A stretch of DNA of 64,000 nt, taken from positions 53,568,001 to 53,632,000 of the forward strand of contig OX597830.1 in assembly GCA_951406725.2 (NCBI GenBank), written 5' to 3'. This DNA is from Octopus vulgaris. Taxonomy: Eukaryota. The notes beneath the pieces were generated by a model. That model was given only the letters and a program-made list of their open reading frames with translations, did not search any database and was not told the origin of the DNA. Of this stretch, positions 13,231 to 25,960 are shown one piece after another. The first letter of the stretch is position 1. Each line of letters starts with the position of its first letter. The position numbers and the translations under genes were made by a program.

Positions 13231-14217
13231 TATTTGATTTCAAATGTATTCTTAAGGCAGAAAAAAATAATAAACAAAACTTGAGACAGAGGCGTGGTAG
13301 TTAAATCTCAGTAGGGTTTAATAACATCAATAAAATGCAATTTAAAAGTCAAAAAGTTCAATGAAAATAATAATTGTTTTCTAACCTAAAGCACAAGGCC
13401 GGGGCATTTACTGGAGGAAACAGTCAACAAAACCGAATCCAAACTCTGCCTCTTTATTTTATCAACAACGAGAGCAAAGTCGGCGGATTTTTACTTTAGA
13501 ACGTAAAGAGCCTGAAGGAATACCGCTAACATTTTGTCCACTATAATAATAAAGTATAAAGTATATAGTTTTGGCTAAACGAAGTCGAAACTCAAACGTG
13601 AAGAATTTTTTTTATGGTAAAGTAAAATAAATTACATGAATAAACAGACGAAATGAATAAAAAGGTCCCACCCTAAAATAATTGCATCAGGAGTGACTTA
13701 AAAATACTCAACTATCCTTCGATAACGAAAAGAAAACAAAGATTTCGTTTGCCTAGAGTTTTGATCTTGTAAAAACATGTAAACGGTGAGGTAGTTGGTT
13801 AATTAGAGGAATATAATGGAATGATAGATAATGTGGAATACCTAGACTACAAATGACAATGGATTGTTTCTTAACGGAAAGTGATCTCGTCGCAGTTTTC
13901 GAAGAAACGAGTAAAAGAGTAGATTACCGATACCTAATAATAACAATAACATTATGGATATAAATAAACATAAATTCTTTTATTTTATATATATATATAT
14001 ATACTACTCGATGTTTCTAAGTTATGCTCTAAATGTAAACACATATACGCACATATATATATATATGTGCGAGAGTGTGAGGCCGTCTGAGAGAGGCGAG
14101 CAAACCGAAACTTCGAAGTTACTATCAACCCTTCCTTTGCGAGAGTTTAATAAACAGATAAACAGGTACTCTACTAAAAAGGATTGAGTAATCCTTCAGT
14201 TTGACGTTAAGTGTTTG

Positions 14218-14276
<59 letters not shown>

Positions 14277-14576
14277 GAATGCATACCCACACTCATATGG
14301 TTATATATGTGTGTATACATACGAATATTATTTACATAACTGTAGGTGCGTGTATAATTATACGCATTCATATAAAGGCTGATAGAGGGAGTAGCCACAT
14401 TAGTAGAGAAATGGTGAACCACATACAGAAAGAGACAAGAGATATGATTTTACGGAAAATAATATAAAGTGAGAAACAAGAACCATAGATAAAAAATGAA
14501 GGAGACGTGTTTAAGTGAAGAATGAAAGACAAATTAGTGAGAGAAAGAGCAACAGAAGAGAGAGAAAGAAACTTAC

Positions 14577-14647
14577 ATTTTGATCTCGACATTAACGTCC
14601 AGGTCACAACTGTACACATAACACAACCTGTCTGGAACATCGGCCAT
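14577..14647 (-). CDS. PIK3C3: PIK3C3/Vps34 (class III PI3-kinase) coding exon 1
   Basis: Reverse strand reads ACC-ATG then MADVPDRLCYVYSCDLDVNVEIK(I), followed by a GTAAGT donor. Matches the Vps34 N-terminus (..YIYSCDLDINVQLKI). 71 nt, phase 2. Not in the ORF track in this frame. Confidence 0.93.
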
Positions 14648-15274
14648 GGTTTAAGAAAATAAAGGAGGGGGTAATTAGTACAGAATGGATGGTGAAAGAT
14701 ACTCTTATAGCCTCTGATGTCTCTCTCTTCGCAATCAGCAACACATAGTGTCAGTAACGGATTGTCACCAAACGTTTGTCTGTTGGCGAGTCGCCATCAT
14801 GACAAGGGAGATAACTGGGATAACTCTACATCGCAACAGTCGCGCTATATCGATTATCTCCCCCTTAAATTACTCAATCTTGTGGAATGTATTCTGTCTC
14901 CGCTTCGTTTTTTGTTAATCACTCATTCTCATTTAATTGCATATATTTTGATTGTTTGTTTATCCATACGTTTCGTCTCATTCGATACCCTGACCCCAAT
15001 GTTTGTTTTGTCTGTCCTCGTATCGTCCCCTCTTTTGCTCAACCTTTTGGTGAATAAAGAAATTCTCTTTCAATAGTGCGCTTTTTCATTTCATCCTTTT
15101 CTTATTTGCTCTTTCGCTCCTTCTCTCCATAATCTTCACTTTCATTTTATCGTTTTCTTTCTTTCTTGCTTTCTTTGAAAAAGAAATGGAAAGAAGGTAC
15201 CCAATAAATGGCAATAAATGACTTTGATTATTTCGTTCTTTCAGTTGTGATTATGACATAGTAATGCCATCTTT

Positions 15275-15577
15275 TATCTTGTTTCAGTCATTAGACTGTG
15301 GCCATACTGGGGCACTGCCGTAACGAATTTTAGGCGAACTTTATTTACTTTTTAAGCCTGGTAATTATTCCATCCGTCTCTTCTGTTAAACCGCTAAGTT
15401 ACAGAGGGGTAGATATACTGAAACACATGTCTATACGATGAACTTCTTTCAGTCTTTGTCAATCAAATTCACTCACAAGGCTTTGGTTGGCTCAAGGCTG
15501 TAGCAAAAGAAGTGCGTCAACACAATGGGAGTGAACCCAGAACCATGTGGTTGGGAAACAAACTTCTTACCACACAG
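15275..15577 (-). mobile_element. SINE family A, decayed
   Basis: Colinear similarity to 29990-30476. Confidence 0.65.
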
Positions 15578-15809
15578 ATCACATTTGAACTTATGCCATG
15601 ACATCTGTTTCAGCATTGCCATCAGTATTCATTGATTGAGAGAGCTCAATGCTACTGTTCTCATCAATGTCTCCTGTTTAGAAGCAGAAAAGCAACATCC
15701 AGTTTGTACAAGGTAGGTTGGGTAAGAGGTGATCCCAGTCATTTTTGAAAGGGCTGACATTTACTCCTCATATTTACCAAACGTTTTGAGAAAGAATGTG
15801 GGCACAGTA

Positions 15810-16205
15810 TGCTGCTGTTGCTGTTGAGCAAATGGTCTTCATCCCAGAGCTCGCAAGATTGCGCCTCTGTAGTGGGAGAAGTCCGAAATGTGGTCCTTTG
15901 CTATTCGTAAGACCCGCAGAAGAGAAAGCAGGTCAACCCCCGACACCGAGAGCATCGACGGATGGATGAATGCGCATCCAGGCTCAGTGGTTGCGTAGGA
16001 AGTCGGGGACAAGAAGCAGGAAGAAAGAGTAAGAGAAAGTTGGAGTGAAAGAGTACAACAGGGGTCGCTACCACTCCTGCCGGAGCCTCGTGGAGCTTTA
16101 GGTGTTTTTGCTCAATAAACACACACAACGCCCAGTCTGGGAATCGAAACCGCTATCCTCCGACCGTGAGTCTGCTGCCCTAACCACTAGGCTATTGTGC
16201 CTCCA
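15810..16205 (-). mobile_element. tRNA-derived SINE family C between CTG/CAG-type repeats
   Basis: Minus-strand head TAGCCTAGTGGTTAGGGCAGCAGACTC...GGTTTCGATTCCCAG (A and B boxes), a pyrimidine-rich body and a (CAG/CAA)-type tail. Confidence 0.65.
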
Positions 16206-17666
16206 CTGCTGCTGCTGCTTCATGCTCATGCTTGATGGGGTGGGGTCATCCCAGGTTAGATGTCCCAGAGATGTCATCATACATAGAGCTGACCAGGTCC
16301 ATCAGTGCTCTCCATCACTGGCAAGTCCCATGCTAGCCCCTCTGCATCCTCTGTAATATGGTAGAGTGCTCAAGAGGTTTGCTTCCTGATCATGAAATCC
16401 AGGGTTCAGTTTTGCTCAGTGATATCTTGGGCAAGTGTCAGGACTATACATTTTGAGTGAAATAAGATTGATGGAAATTGTGTGGAAGCCCATCAAATGG
16501 ATTGTACTAGCAATTCAAGCAATCCAGCCATGTCACAGATTGTATTACACTGACTCCACCTGAGTATTACATTAAGGTTATATGTATCTGTGGAATACTC
16601 TGCCACTTACATCTGCTAATTCAATGAATTTGGTAGATCAGTTGATTGAATAGATGAAAAATCATGATTGGAAATTCAAATCAAAATCCTTTTACTTTTG
16701 AGGAATATGGAAGATGTGTTATCTCTTAAAACCTGGGCTGTTGTGGTACCTTGAGAGAGATGGGGGGGGGTAGGAGAAAGGGACAAAAAAGGAGAGAGAG
16801 AAAGAAAGAGAGAGAGAGCGAGAAGGAGAAGAGGAAGAGAGAGAAATTGCAGAAAAATGCAATGGTACCCAGTTTGATGATGTGTATAGTTTTCAATGCA
16901 CGAGTTCAGTGTATTTCCACCAGAAATTTCCAGATAAAGATCACTGCATATCACTGCCTTCATCGCTCCAAATATTATAATCTGTGAAGTTCTGTTTCTT
17001 CATAATACAGAGAAGGTATTTAAACCCCCAAAGTTGGGTTCCTTACCCTTTGTAGGTGTCTCTGTTATGAGAGTGATGAGGAGTTTCTTACTACTGGATA
17101 ATTAAATGTAATGCTAATAAACAATCAAAATTTTATTAAATAAATAAACAGGAGATGATAAATCAATTAATGGCCCCATTAATAATTTGCAAAACTGGAC
17201 TTGGCAATGTTTTGTGTTCTTAAGCAAAATGCTTCATTTCATGTTGTTCCAGTCGACTTAGATGGCAAAAATGAGGATTCCTGTGATGGATTGGCGTCCT
17301 GTCCTGTGGGGAATATATACACAACAGAAACCAGGAAACTGACCCTATGAGTCTATATGACTCTGGAAGGAGTTTTATCCTCTTTTTTTCATAGATTACA
17401 TACCCTCCTCCTCCTCCTTCTCATCATCATCATCATTTAATGTCCATGTTCCTCACTGGTATACATTGGACTTTTTGACAGGATCTGATAGGTCTGAAGA
17501 CTGCATTGTACTCCAATATTTGCTTTGGTACTGTTTCTACAAGTGGATGCCCTTCCTAACGCTAACAGCTTTTCAACATGTACTGGGTACTTTTTTTTCA
17601 TGATACCAGGACTAGTGAGGTCACCATGAAACCTGTAAGATTAAAACCTTTTTAGCTGAGTGATGT

Positions 17667-17717
<51 letters not shown>

Positions 17718-17899
17718 TTTATGCTAGGAGATGAGAAATTAAAGTGTGAGAGAAGGGAGCCTGAACAGAATAGGTTTCTTGCTGTAGGGGAGCTACACAG
17801 CTGCTCACATTATATATGAGTGAGTGGGAGTGGCTAGGATGGAGCTGGGAAGAGATAAAAAAAACAATGGTGATGAGGTGTCAAGTTGTGATTGGAAAC

Positions 17900-18445
17900 T
17901 ATGAAAAGTGGGGTTTAGAGAGAGGCAAAACATGGTATGACCACAAAACAAAGTGTGGCTGAGTTGGAGACCAGCAAAATCCTGTGGGATTTCTCAATCC
18001 AAACAAACCAGGTGCTTGAGCACAACAGGCTGGACATAGTGGTGGTGGATAAGGCAAACAATATATATGTTCTATAATTGACTTTGCTTGCCTCTTTGAT
18101 ACAGGCAAAAAGGCAAAAAAATAGATATATAAAATCCTCTTAGATATGACATAGTTGACAGTGAAAAATGAAGGTGAAGATAATGCAAATTACTATTGGA
18201 TCCTCAGGGACAGAATCAGAAGGCATCAAGAAGATTATAAAGGGAATGAGAATATAAGGCCCAGTAGAGTTGCTACAAAAAGTCTGCCTCCTTGGCATGG
18301 CCAGAATCATCAGGAAAGTATTAGATAGTTGAAAAGAACAGATAGCATGGTACTGTAGGCTGAAGGTAGCAAGCCTACCATGCATGTAAAACTCCAGGAG
18401 TTCCAGCAAAATCTGAGTTAAAATAATAATAATAATAATAATAAC
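17900..18445 (+). mobile_element. R4/Dong-like non-LTR retrotransposon 3' remnant (RLE endonuclease)
   Basis: Frameshifted translation KILWDFSIQTNQVLEHNRLDIVVVDK...IIDFAC...LLQKVCLLGMARIIRKVLDS-stop, followed by (AAT)n. Confidence 0.75.
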
Positions 18446-18897
18446 GATCATTTCTATTATAGGCACAAGGCCTGAAATTTGGTGGGAGAGGGGTTAGTCA
18501 ATTATGTCGACCCCAGTATTTCACTGGTACTCAATTTATTGATCCCATATGAATGAAAGGCAAAGTTGACCTCGGCAGAATTTAATCTCAGAACATAGTG
18601 GTGAGCGAAATACCACTAAGCATTTCATCCAGTATGCTAACAATTCTGCCAGGTTGCCACCTTAAATTATAATAAATAGTAATCCTTTCTAGTACAGGCA
18701 CATACTATACTGGAATTTTGAGGGAGGTTAGTCAATTACATCAATCCCAATGCACAATTGTCGATTATTTTATCTATCCTGAATGGATGAAAGGCAAAGT
18801 TGACTTTGGTGGAATTGGAACTCAAAACAAAAGATGAACAAAATACTGCTAAGCATTTTGACCAATGTGCCAACAATTCTGCCAGTTTGCCACCTTA
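18446..18897 (-). mobile_element. Two tandem SINE family B copies (tail type 2)
   Basis: Two gatgaaaggcaaagttgac...aattctgccag units separated by AAT-rich linkers. Confidence 0.75.
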
Positions 18898-18939
18898 ATA
18901 ATATTAAAGATAAAAACAATAACAACAATAACTTTTATT

Positions 18940-19330
18940 ACTATTATTCTATGTTTGACTTTTGCTTTATATTTGTACAAGTTGGCTCCGAGTCTCACCC
19001 AGAGACCTCAAGAGACAACAAGTTGGAAGTTCATGTTGGTGTAATGCCTAGTGTGCCATATATTTGGTTTTGTACTTAGTGTTGTACTAGTGAATGTCTA
19101 AAAAAACCATACGAAAATCATGTTTGTTTTAAAACTTGGGATTACATAGAAAGTATTTTGCATAGGATATGGGCAGTTCCCATGAGCATTATCTTTTGAA
19201 TTTTTGCCATTTTGGGGTTTCCTGGTATCTGAGTTAGGTAGCAATCAGCCCCTTTTGCTATCATTCCCAGGGCACCTATGACAACAGGTATTGTTTTAGT
19301 CTTCAGCTGATTTCTATTTCAAGATCTTTA

Positions 19331-19332
<2 letters not shown>
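18940..19332 (-). mobile_element. R4/Dong-like retrotransposon 3' end within (TAA)n
   Basis: Minus strand reads YKDLEIEIS..LKTKTIPVVIGALGMIAKG...IQKIMLMGTAHILCKILSM-stop. TAT/TAA repeats lie on both sides. Confidence 0.75.
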
Positions 19333-19382
<50 letters not shown>

Positions 19383-20099
19383 ATGACTCTACATTCTAAA
19401 TGATTGTAACAGATTTGAAACTGAATCAGTGAACTCCCAAGTAGAACCCATCACTTAGTAACAGAGATTTTTTATGTGATTGGCTGATTAACTGACTAAT
19501 CAGCATAGAGCCATCACATGATGCAGCTGTCTAGAACCTTCCAGAATGTTTCCTAATGAGATTTATAAATAGATGAGTTTTAGTGCCAACTCTTTGCAGC
19601 GTGTCAAAAGTGGCTGAATGAAACGAACCTCCACTTGTGCTAGGCATGTTTGTGTAGAGATCAGCCAATTCATTTCATACATCTCACCTCTTGCTTTAGA
19701 TAGTGGGGAACTGCTGCCATGAAAAACCACATTCTCATCATCATCATTTAAAGCCTGTTTTCTATGCTGGCATGAGCTGGATAGCTTGACAGGAACTGGC
19801 AACACCAAGGGCTGCACCAAGTTCCACAGTCTGATTTGGCTTGGTTTCTACAGCTGGAGTGAAATGGGTGCTTTTTACATGGCACCATCACCGGGGCATT
19901 TTATGTAGCCCAAGCACCAGTGCTTTTTATGTGGCACCAACACCAATGCTTTTTACATGGCACTTTGGTTTTAAGACATCAATTCTGTTGTGGTGGGTGG
20001 GTCTTCTTAAGAACAGCAATGTGCCATATATCTTGGTCCTCAGTATTCTCCTTCATGTTCTATATCTTCCTCAGTCTTCCTCTTTCATAACTTTCTTTC

Positions 20100-20452
20100 A
20101 CTTTAAATGATTGGAAGCTGTTTATGTAATTGTCCTCATCCATCTGTATCACATGAGCAAACCAGAATACTGTATATAATTCCTCTGATGCCTACCTTTT
20201 CTCTCAATACACTGGTGCTCTGTCACGCACATACACTAACATTGCACATCCAGTGGAGCATACCAGTTTCTCTCTAGTCTTTATGTATCCTCTTCGTTCA
20301 TGGCCCACATCTCACTACCATGTAGTATGCAGTGTGTACACATGCATCATACAATCTTCCTTTCACTCAGAGAGAGACAGAGAGAGAGAGAGAGACCATT
20401 GGTTGTCAATAGAGGTAGAAGCTCTCTGAAATTTCTCACTTTGCAGCAATAA
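20100..20452 (-). mobile_element. Highly decayed RTE ORF 3' fragment
   Basis: Reverse complement resembles 28690-29010 (SLRVKGRLYDACV..MLHGSEMW motif remnants). Confidence 0.55.
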
Positions 20453-21149
20453 CTAATGACTAATGACTCTTTAAGCAGTTACAATTTTGCAGTCATGAAT
20501 CCTTAGTGATATTTTCTCCTGTTGTGATGACAGCGTATTCACAGAGCCTCCACAAACAAATATTTTGTCATAACTACAGTATTGTTCTAGTGTATAAACT
20601 TTTCTGTATTTTAAATTGAAGACCAATATGGCAAATATTTTGTTACTATTCATTGTTTGCGAGGTACTATCACTAATTTACATGCAGCCAGGCAAATATC
20701 TTGTGACATGATAATAATGTTGTTTAGCTGTTGTTTCTAGCATGTCGGGTTTCTGGTGAAATTCAAAGCCCTTCGGAAGTGAGATTTAAACTTCAAAAAT
20801 TAAGCAGTGTTGTATTTATTGAAGATTTATCATTAATAATAATTGGGATGTAAAATCTTTGAAGAAGTTGATTATCTCTTAATCATACCTATGAGATTTA
20901 CTTTCTAAAACGTTTCATCAATTATTTAAAACGAAATAAACAGATAAAGTAGTGCAAAATTTCTTTAAAAGGACCATGGGATTTGTTAGGGATAAATAAA
21001 ATACCTATATAATTAGTACTTATTTTATTGACTATTTGTAATTTGAACTCGGGTGAAGGTAAAATATGTGTACACCACCCATTTTCGGTGGTTTTTTTTT
21101 CAAAAATTCTTTTTGATCTCTATGCCTTCAATATAATGAGAATAAATAT

Positions 21150-21815
21150 TTCCAGCATAGGCAGAAGGCCTGATATTTGGGAGAGTGGGTACTTTGATAC
21201 TGTGAAACCCAATACTTGACTGGTGCCTTATTTTATCAAGCCAAAAGGGATGAAAGGGAAACCTGAATGAAATTTGAACTCCTGATGCTCATGGTTCAAA
21301 GAGCCAGAAGATATGCCACCTGGTATTGTGTCCTATTCTTTAACAATTCTGCCAAATCTGTTGTCCCAATAATAATAATAATAATAATGGATTCAAATTT
21401 TGGCACAAGGGCAGCAAGTTTGGGGGAAGATAAGTCGATTACCTTGACCCCAGTGCTCAACTGGTACTTATTTCATCAACCCCCAAGAGGATGAAAGGCA
21501 AAGTCGACCCTGGCAGTATTTCGATGCAGAACCTAAAAGCAGACAAAATGCCACTAAGCATTTTGCCTGGTGTGCTAACGATTCTGCCAGCACACCACCG
21601 TAATGATAATAATAATAATAAGTCTTTCAGATTTTTAGGAGAGAGTCAAGTTGATTACATCAATCCCTAGTGCTTGACTCATGCTATATTTTATCAGTAT
21701 CAAAAGAATGAACTGCAAAGTTGACCTTGGCAAGATTTGAACTCGGAACATAAAGAACCAGCAGAAATGCAACTGATCATTTTGTCCAACATTTTAATGA
21801 TTCAGCCAGCTCACA
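21150..21815 (-). mobile_element. Cluster of three tandem SINE family B copies immediately upstream of PLRG1
   Basis: Three repeats of the tail2/central/head pattern separated by (AAT)n. Confidence 0.7.
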
Positions 21816-21999
21816 ACCATAAGGAAAAAATAATAATATTAATAATTGCATGCATACTGTATAAAGTACTGTCTGAAGTCTAAAAACTGTGATATATATA
21901 TATATATATATATAATTTGCTCTCTGTCATATAAAGAATCTTGCAGACAAGATACAGAAACCAAGAAAGATAACTCTGATTGTTATTGTGCTTCGTTAC

Positions 22000-22045
22000 A
22001 ACCAGTGACGTCATTCTACTTCCGTTTCTGCATCAAAATGGCCAC
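22000..22045 (+). promoter_or_regulatory. Compact PLRG1 proximal promoter motifs (CRE, ETS-like, YY1-like)
   Basis: TGACGTCA at 22006-22013, ACTTCCG at 22018-22024 and CAAAATGGCC overlapping the start codon. Motif match only. Confidence 0.5.
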
Positions 22046-22955
22046 CGGTATAGATGATGTCCTGAAACACTCGGTGCACACTTTGGTGTTTCGCTCACTA
22101 AAACGCACCCATGATATGTTCCTGTCTGACCAGAACTTTATACCCACTAACGATGAAAAATGCGAGAAACTATGGGCCAGTATAAAATTACGCAGCGAAT
22201 ACAGCATGGTAAAAGACATGCCGCGACCCGATCTGCCGCACTCGAAAAAGCTTGCGGACCACATCGGAGGTTCCAACTCGGTCAATTCCAGCGATCAAGA
22301 TGGGGACCAAAATCAGATAGAGTTCCGAAAAACCGTGCTGTCCGATGGATCAGTTGTATCTACACCTGTGTCAAACTCGATGCAATTGGCTACTTACGAC
22401 TCTAAAAGTTCGGACCAGAGTTCAAAAATGCTAACGAGCTTGAACCAAACATTAATTCCCCGTAAAGCACCTACCATGCCCAAACCGGAATGGCATCCTC
22501 CTTGGAAGTTGTATAGAGTGATATCTGGTCATTTAGGCTGGGTCCGTTGTATATCCGTGGAACCCAAAAATGAATGGTTTGTTACGGGCGGTGGTGACCG
22601 CGTCATAAAGATTTGGGACTTGGCCAGTGGCACTCTGAAGTTGTCACTGACCGGACACATCAGTTCTGTGCGTGGTGTGTGCGTCAGCCCTCGCAATCCT
22701 TATCTCTTCTCTTGCGGCGAGGACAAACTGGTGAAGTGTTGGGATCTGGAGTACAACAAAGTGATTCGTCACTATCACGGACATTTGAGTGCTGTCTACG
22801 GTTTGGACATTCACCCTACAATCGATGTTTTGTTGTCGTGCGGACGTGATGCTACGGCTCGTGTGTGGGACATGCGGACGAAGGCGTGTGTCCATACCAT
22901 GACCGGACATACCAACACTGTAGCTGTTGTCAAATGCCAAGCAGCCGAACCACAG
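22038..22955 (+). CDS. PLRG1: PLRG1/Prp46 (Prp19/NTC WD40 splicing factor) coding exon 1
   Basis: ATG at 22038 (caaaATGgcc). Contains [19 protein letters not shown] and [22 protein letters not shown] plus WD40 repeats. Ends CCACAG|gtaaac, 918 nt, phase 0. The upstream extension in the ORF track (21846) is not supported. Confidence 0.96.
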
Positions 22956-23882
22956 GTAAACTAAATTTTATACAAACATTTAGTCAACGTGTTGTTTTGG
23001 CGATCCTTCGGTATAGGTACCTTTGTTTACATTTCTGAAGATAACAGAAACCTTTTTCTCCCACCTAACCTAACCCACCAGATATATAAAAGAAACAACA
23101 CTTTCTTGAAATGTATCTGGTACCTATACCGAAGTTACTCCGTTGTTTTTGTTTTTGGCTGTGGTGAGACGACTCGGAACATACACGATGTGAACTTTCC
23201 GAGCCCTCTCCCCCACCCCCGTTCGCGAGCGCGCATTTTTTTTTTTTTTTCAAATATGTTATTTTATACCTATAGCACCTAAGTTTTTCCAAACTCACTT
23301 CTTACAGTCCTGAAAAGGGAAAGCATACTATATAATGTGGGATAGATCATAGGTCCGCTGAATCAGTTTTAATCTACGGCTAAACAACAACCACAGTAAA
23401 CGATTTTTAAAAATGTTTGTATTCTCTTTCACTTAAACGTCCCCTTGTATTTTTTACTGTCCACTCAATGAACAATGAGAGACGATATAGGACGACAGTT
23501 TTCTTTTCAAACATCACTAGTTTTGCTGCCCTGTTTTCTTATGCTGTTGTTAAAGCACCTCAACTCTTTCTATTCCATCCTCATGTCCACCCTGATCCGG
23601 CAGACCTATGATCATTATATTTGGTGGGGGTGGGGCGATAATTGCAGTTTAGTGCCCTCTCTCCGACTTTGCTTTGTCATAATCCTCTAAAACACATAGT
23701 CTAGGATGAAATTCTGCAGAAATACGTTTACCAAAGTGTTGATATTGATGTTTCAAACATGGAGATCTAAGAGGGTAAGTGAGAAATGCTAAAGTTATGG
23801 AAATTAGTGGTAACAAGATTAAAGGGGTGATAATGATCTGAAACTCCTTAATAAAAAAAAAAGGTAAATAAGAAATATATTA

Positions 23883-24215
23883 ATGTGTGGTAAGAAAACT
23901 TGCTTCCCCACAACACGTTTCTGGTTCAGTCCCACTGTGTGGCACCTTATGCAAGTGTCTATTCTACCATAGACTTGGATTTGTAGATGGAAACTGCAAT
24001 GAGCCTGTTGTGTGTCTTTGTGTTTGCGTTTGTCCCCCACTACTGCTTGACAACCAGTGTTGATGTGTTTACATCCCTGTAACTTAGTAGTTTGGCAAAA
24101 GGGACTGATAGAATAAGTATCAGTCCTAAAAAAAATAAGCAGTAGGGGGTGACTCATTTGATTAAAAGATTCTTCAAGGTGCAGTCTAGTGACTGAAACA
24201 AGTAAAAGATAAAAG
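23883..24215 (+). mobile_element. SINE family A in the PLRG1 intron
   Basis: gtgtggtaag..ggttcagtcccactgtgtggcacctt...gactgaaacaagtaaaaga. Confidence 0.75.
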
Positions 24216-25447
24216 ATGATTATAATTTATACCCTCGATGACCTATCTGCAAAATTTCCTTTAAAAATACACATTTTTTCAGAAAATTATAAGGAAACAA
24301 AAGTCAGACTAGAGAGTGGTGATGCATTAAACTGTAGTTATGTCTCTTTTATTCAGACACACTATTTCTAGAACTGCATTATCTAATGCCTTCTGTTTTA
24401 AACTGCTAACAGTATGATTTGAGAGATATTTAGCAGCTATGTGAAGCAGTTCCAGTGAGTCCATGTGGACTCACTCAATTGCTTGTCTCTCATTTTTTCT
24501 TGTGTAACATCAAGAACAGAATAAAAGAAACATTAAACATTAATTTAATTAGGGTCTGGAGGCATGTAAAAGCAAAAATTTACCAGAAAATGGTATGTGA
24601 ATAGGGGTGGAGTTTATAAAAATGTAAAAAGTTAAATTTTCTGATGGTTGGACATGATTAGGGAAGATCTCCAGTGGTTCAATGTCATTTTGGAGGATGT
24701 AGAGGGGCTGCCAATGATGGGAAGCACCTGGTTGGCTCTATGCATGGTGACGTCTCTGGGACCACTAACCTAGGATGGCCCCCATCAAGCAAGAGCATGA
24801 AACAAAGCAAGCAAGTTACGTACGTGTGTACTGTTTTCTCAACATCACATGATACAAGTGTCATTCAAGTGATGTTCATTTCCAGTCTTCCATGAAAATC
24901 GTCCAGCCATAGGAAAGTATTACCTTGCCTGGGAACAAGTGAGGGTTGGTGGCAGAAAATGTGCCTCAAAAATTATGTCTGACTTAAGCAGCATTAAAAG
25001 GTACATGTTAATTGATGATGATGTTTTTGGGGTTGTAGAGAGTTTCACATGCCCTTGCCCATTTGACCCAGTGGCAACAATCTACAGGCCTACCTGCCTT
25101 ATTCAAAACCCCCTAGTAATTTTTTTCTGTAGCTTCAGTGATGGAACATATGCCTAGCCATCTCTTTCCCTTACACCGGATGTTCAGAAGTAAAATTAAC
25201 TAAAATATGTTATAGATATAAATATTTAAGAAAATGCTCATCTCAAAGAAGAGGTTGCTAATTGGTAATAAAACATTTGATGTACAGAGTCCAAATAAAT
25301 TAAAACATGTTTAAATTAGATATGTAAATATGTTTTGAAAATTGACCAACTCTAAAAAAGAAGCTGACAGTCTGAAATATGGCAGTCTTATAAAGTATTT
25401 CTGTTGTATTTTTTTACATTTATTTTTCTTTCTGTTTATCTCTGCAG

Positions 25448-25960
25448 GTAATTACTGGTAGTCATGATTGTACAATTCGTCTTTGGGACCTGGCAGCTGG
25501 ACGTACCCGTGCTACACTTACCAATCACAAGAAAAGCATTCGATCATTAGTCCTTCATCCAACCAAGTATTCCTTCACATCAGGTTCCCCTGACAACATC
25601 AAGCAGTGGAAGTTTCCAGATGGCAACTTCATCCAGAACTTGACCGGACACAATGCCATCATCAACACTCTTGGCATGAACTCTGACAATGTTCTGGTGT
25701 CTGGTGCTGATAACGGCACAATGTATTTCTGGGATTGGAAGACAGGCTATAACTTCCAGAGGATCCAAGCTGCTGTACAGCCAGGCTCTATTGATTCAGA
25801 AGCTGGTATCTTTGCCTGCACCTTTGACCATAGCGGAAGTCGGTTGATTACTGGGGAAGCTGACAAAAGTATAAAGATCTACAAAGAAGATGAGAAGGCA
25901 TCGGAAGAAACTCACCCCATTAACTGGCGACCTGACATTCTAAAAAGAAAGCGATATTAG
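25448..25960 (+). CDS. PLRG1: PLRG1 coding exon 2 (last)
   Basis: Polypyrimidine tract and ctgcag acceptor. Reads [18 protein letters not shown]...[60 protein letters not shown]-stop, in frame with exon 1. Confidence 0.96.
   Translation, partial: VITGSHDCTIRLWDLAAGRTRATLTNHKKSIRSLVLHPTKYSFTSGSPDNIKQWKFPDGNFIQNLTGHNAIINTLGMNSDNVLVSGADNGTMYFWDWKTGYNFQRIQAAVQPGSIDSEAGIFACTFDHSGSRLITGEADKSIKIYKEDEKASEETHPINWRPDILKRKRY

Noticed and set aside
14075-14125. Hammerhead-like CTGAGAG...GAAACTTCGAAGTT
   Set aside because: The core lacks the CUGAnGA spacing, stem II is only 2 bp and there is no stem I.
16130-16205. tRNA-like sequence
   Set aside because: Imperfect cloverleaf continuous with a SINE body and tail, so a SINE head rather than a tRNA gene.
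16676-16963. ORF containing CSDLY, reminiscent of Vps34 exon 2
   Set aside because: The true exon 2 is at 5187-5375. No further similarity, and it lies upstream of the PIK3C3 start.
21846-22037. N-terminal extension of PLRG1 in the ORF track
   Set aside because: TTG start and runs through a (TA)n tract. Homology begins only after the ATG at 22038.
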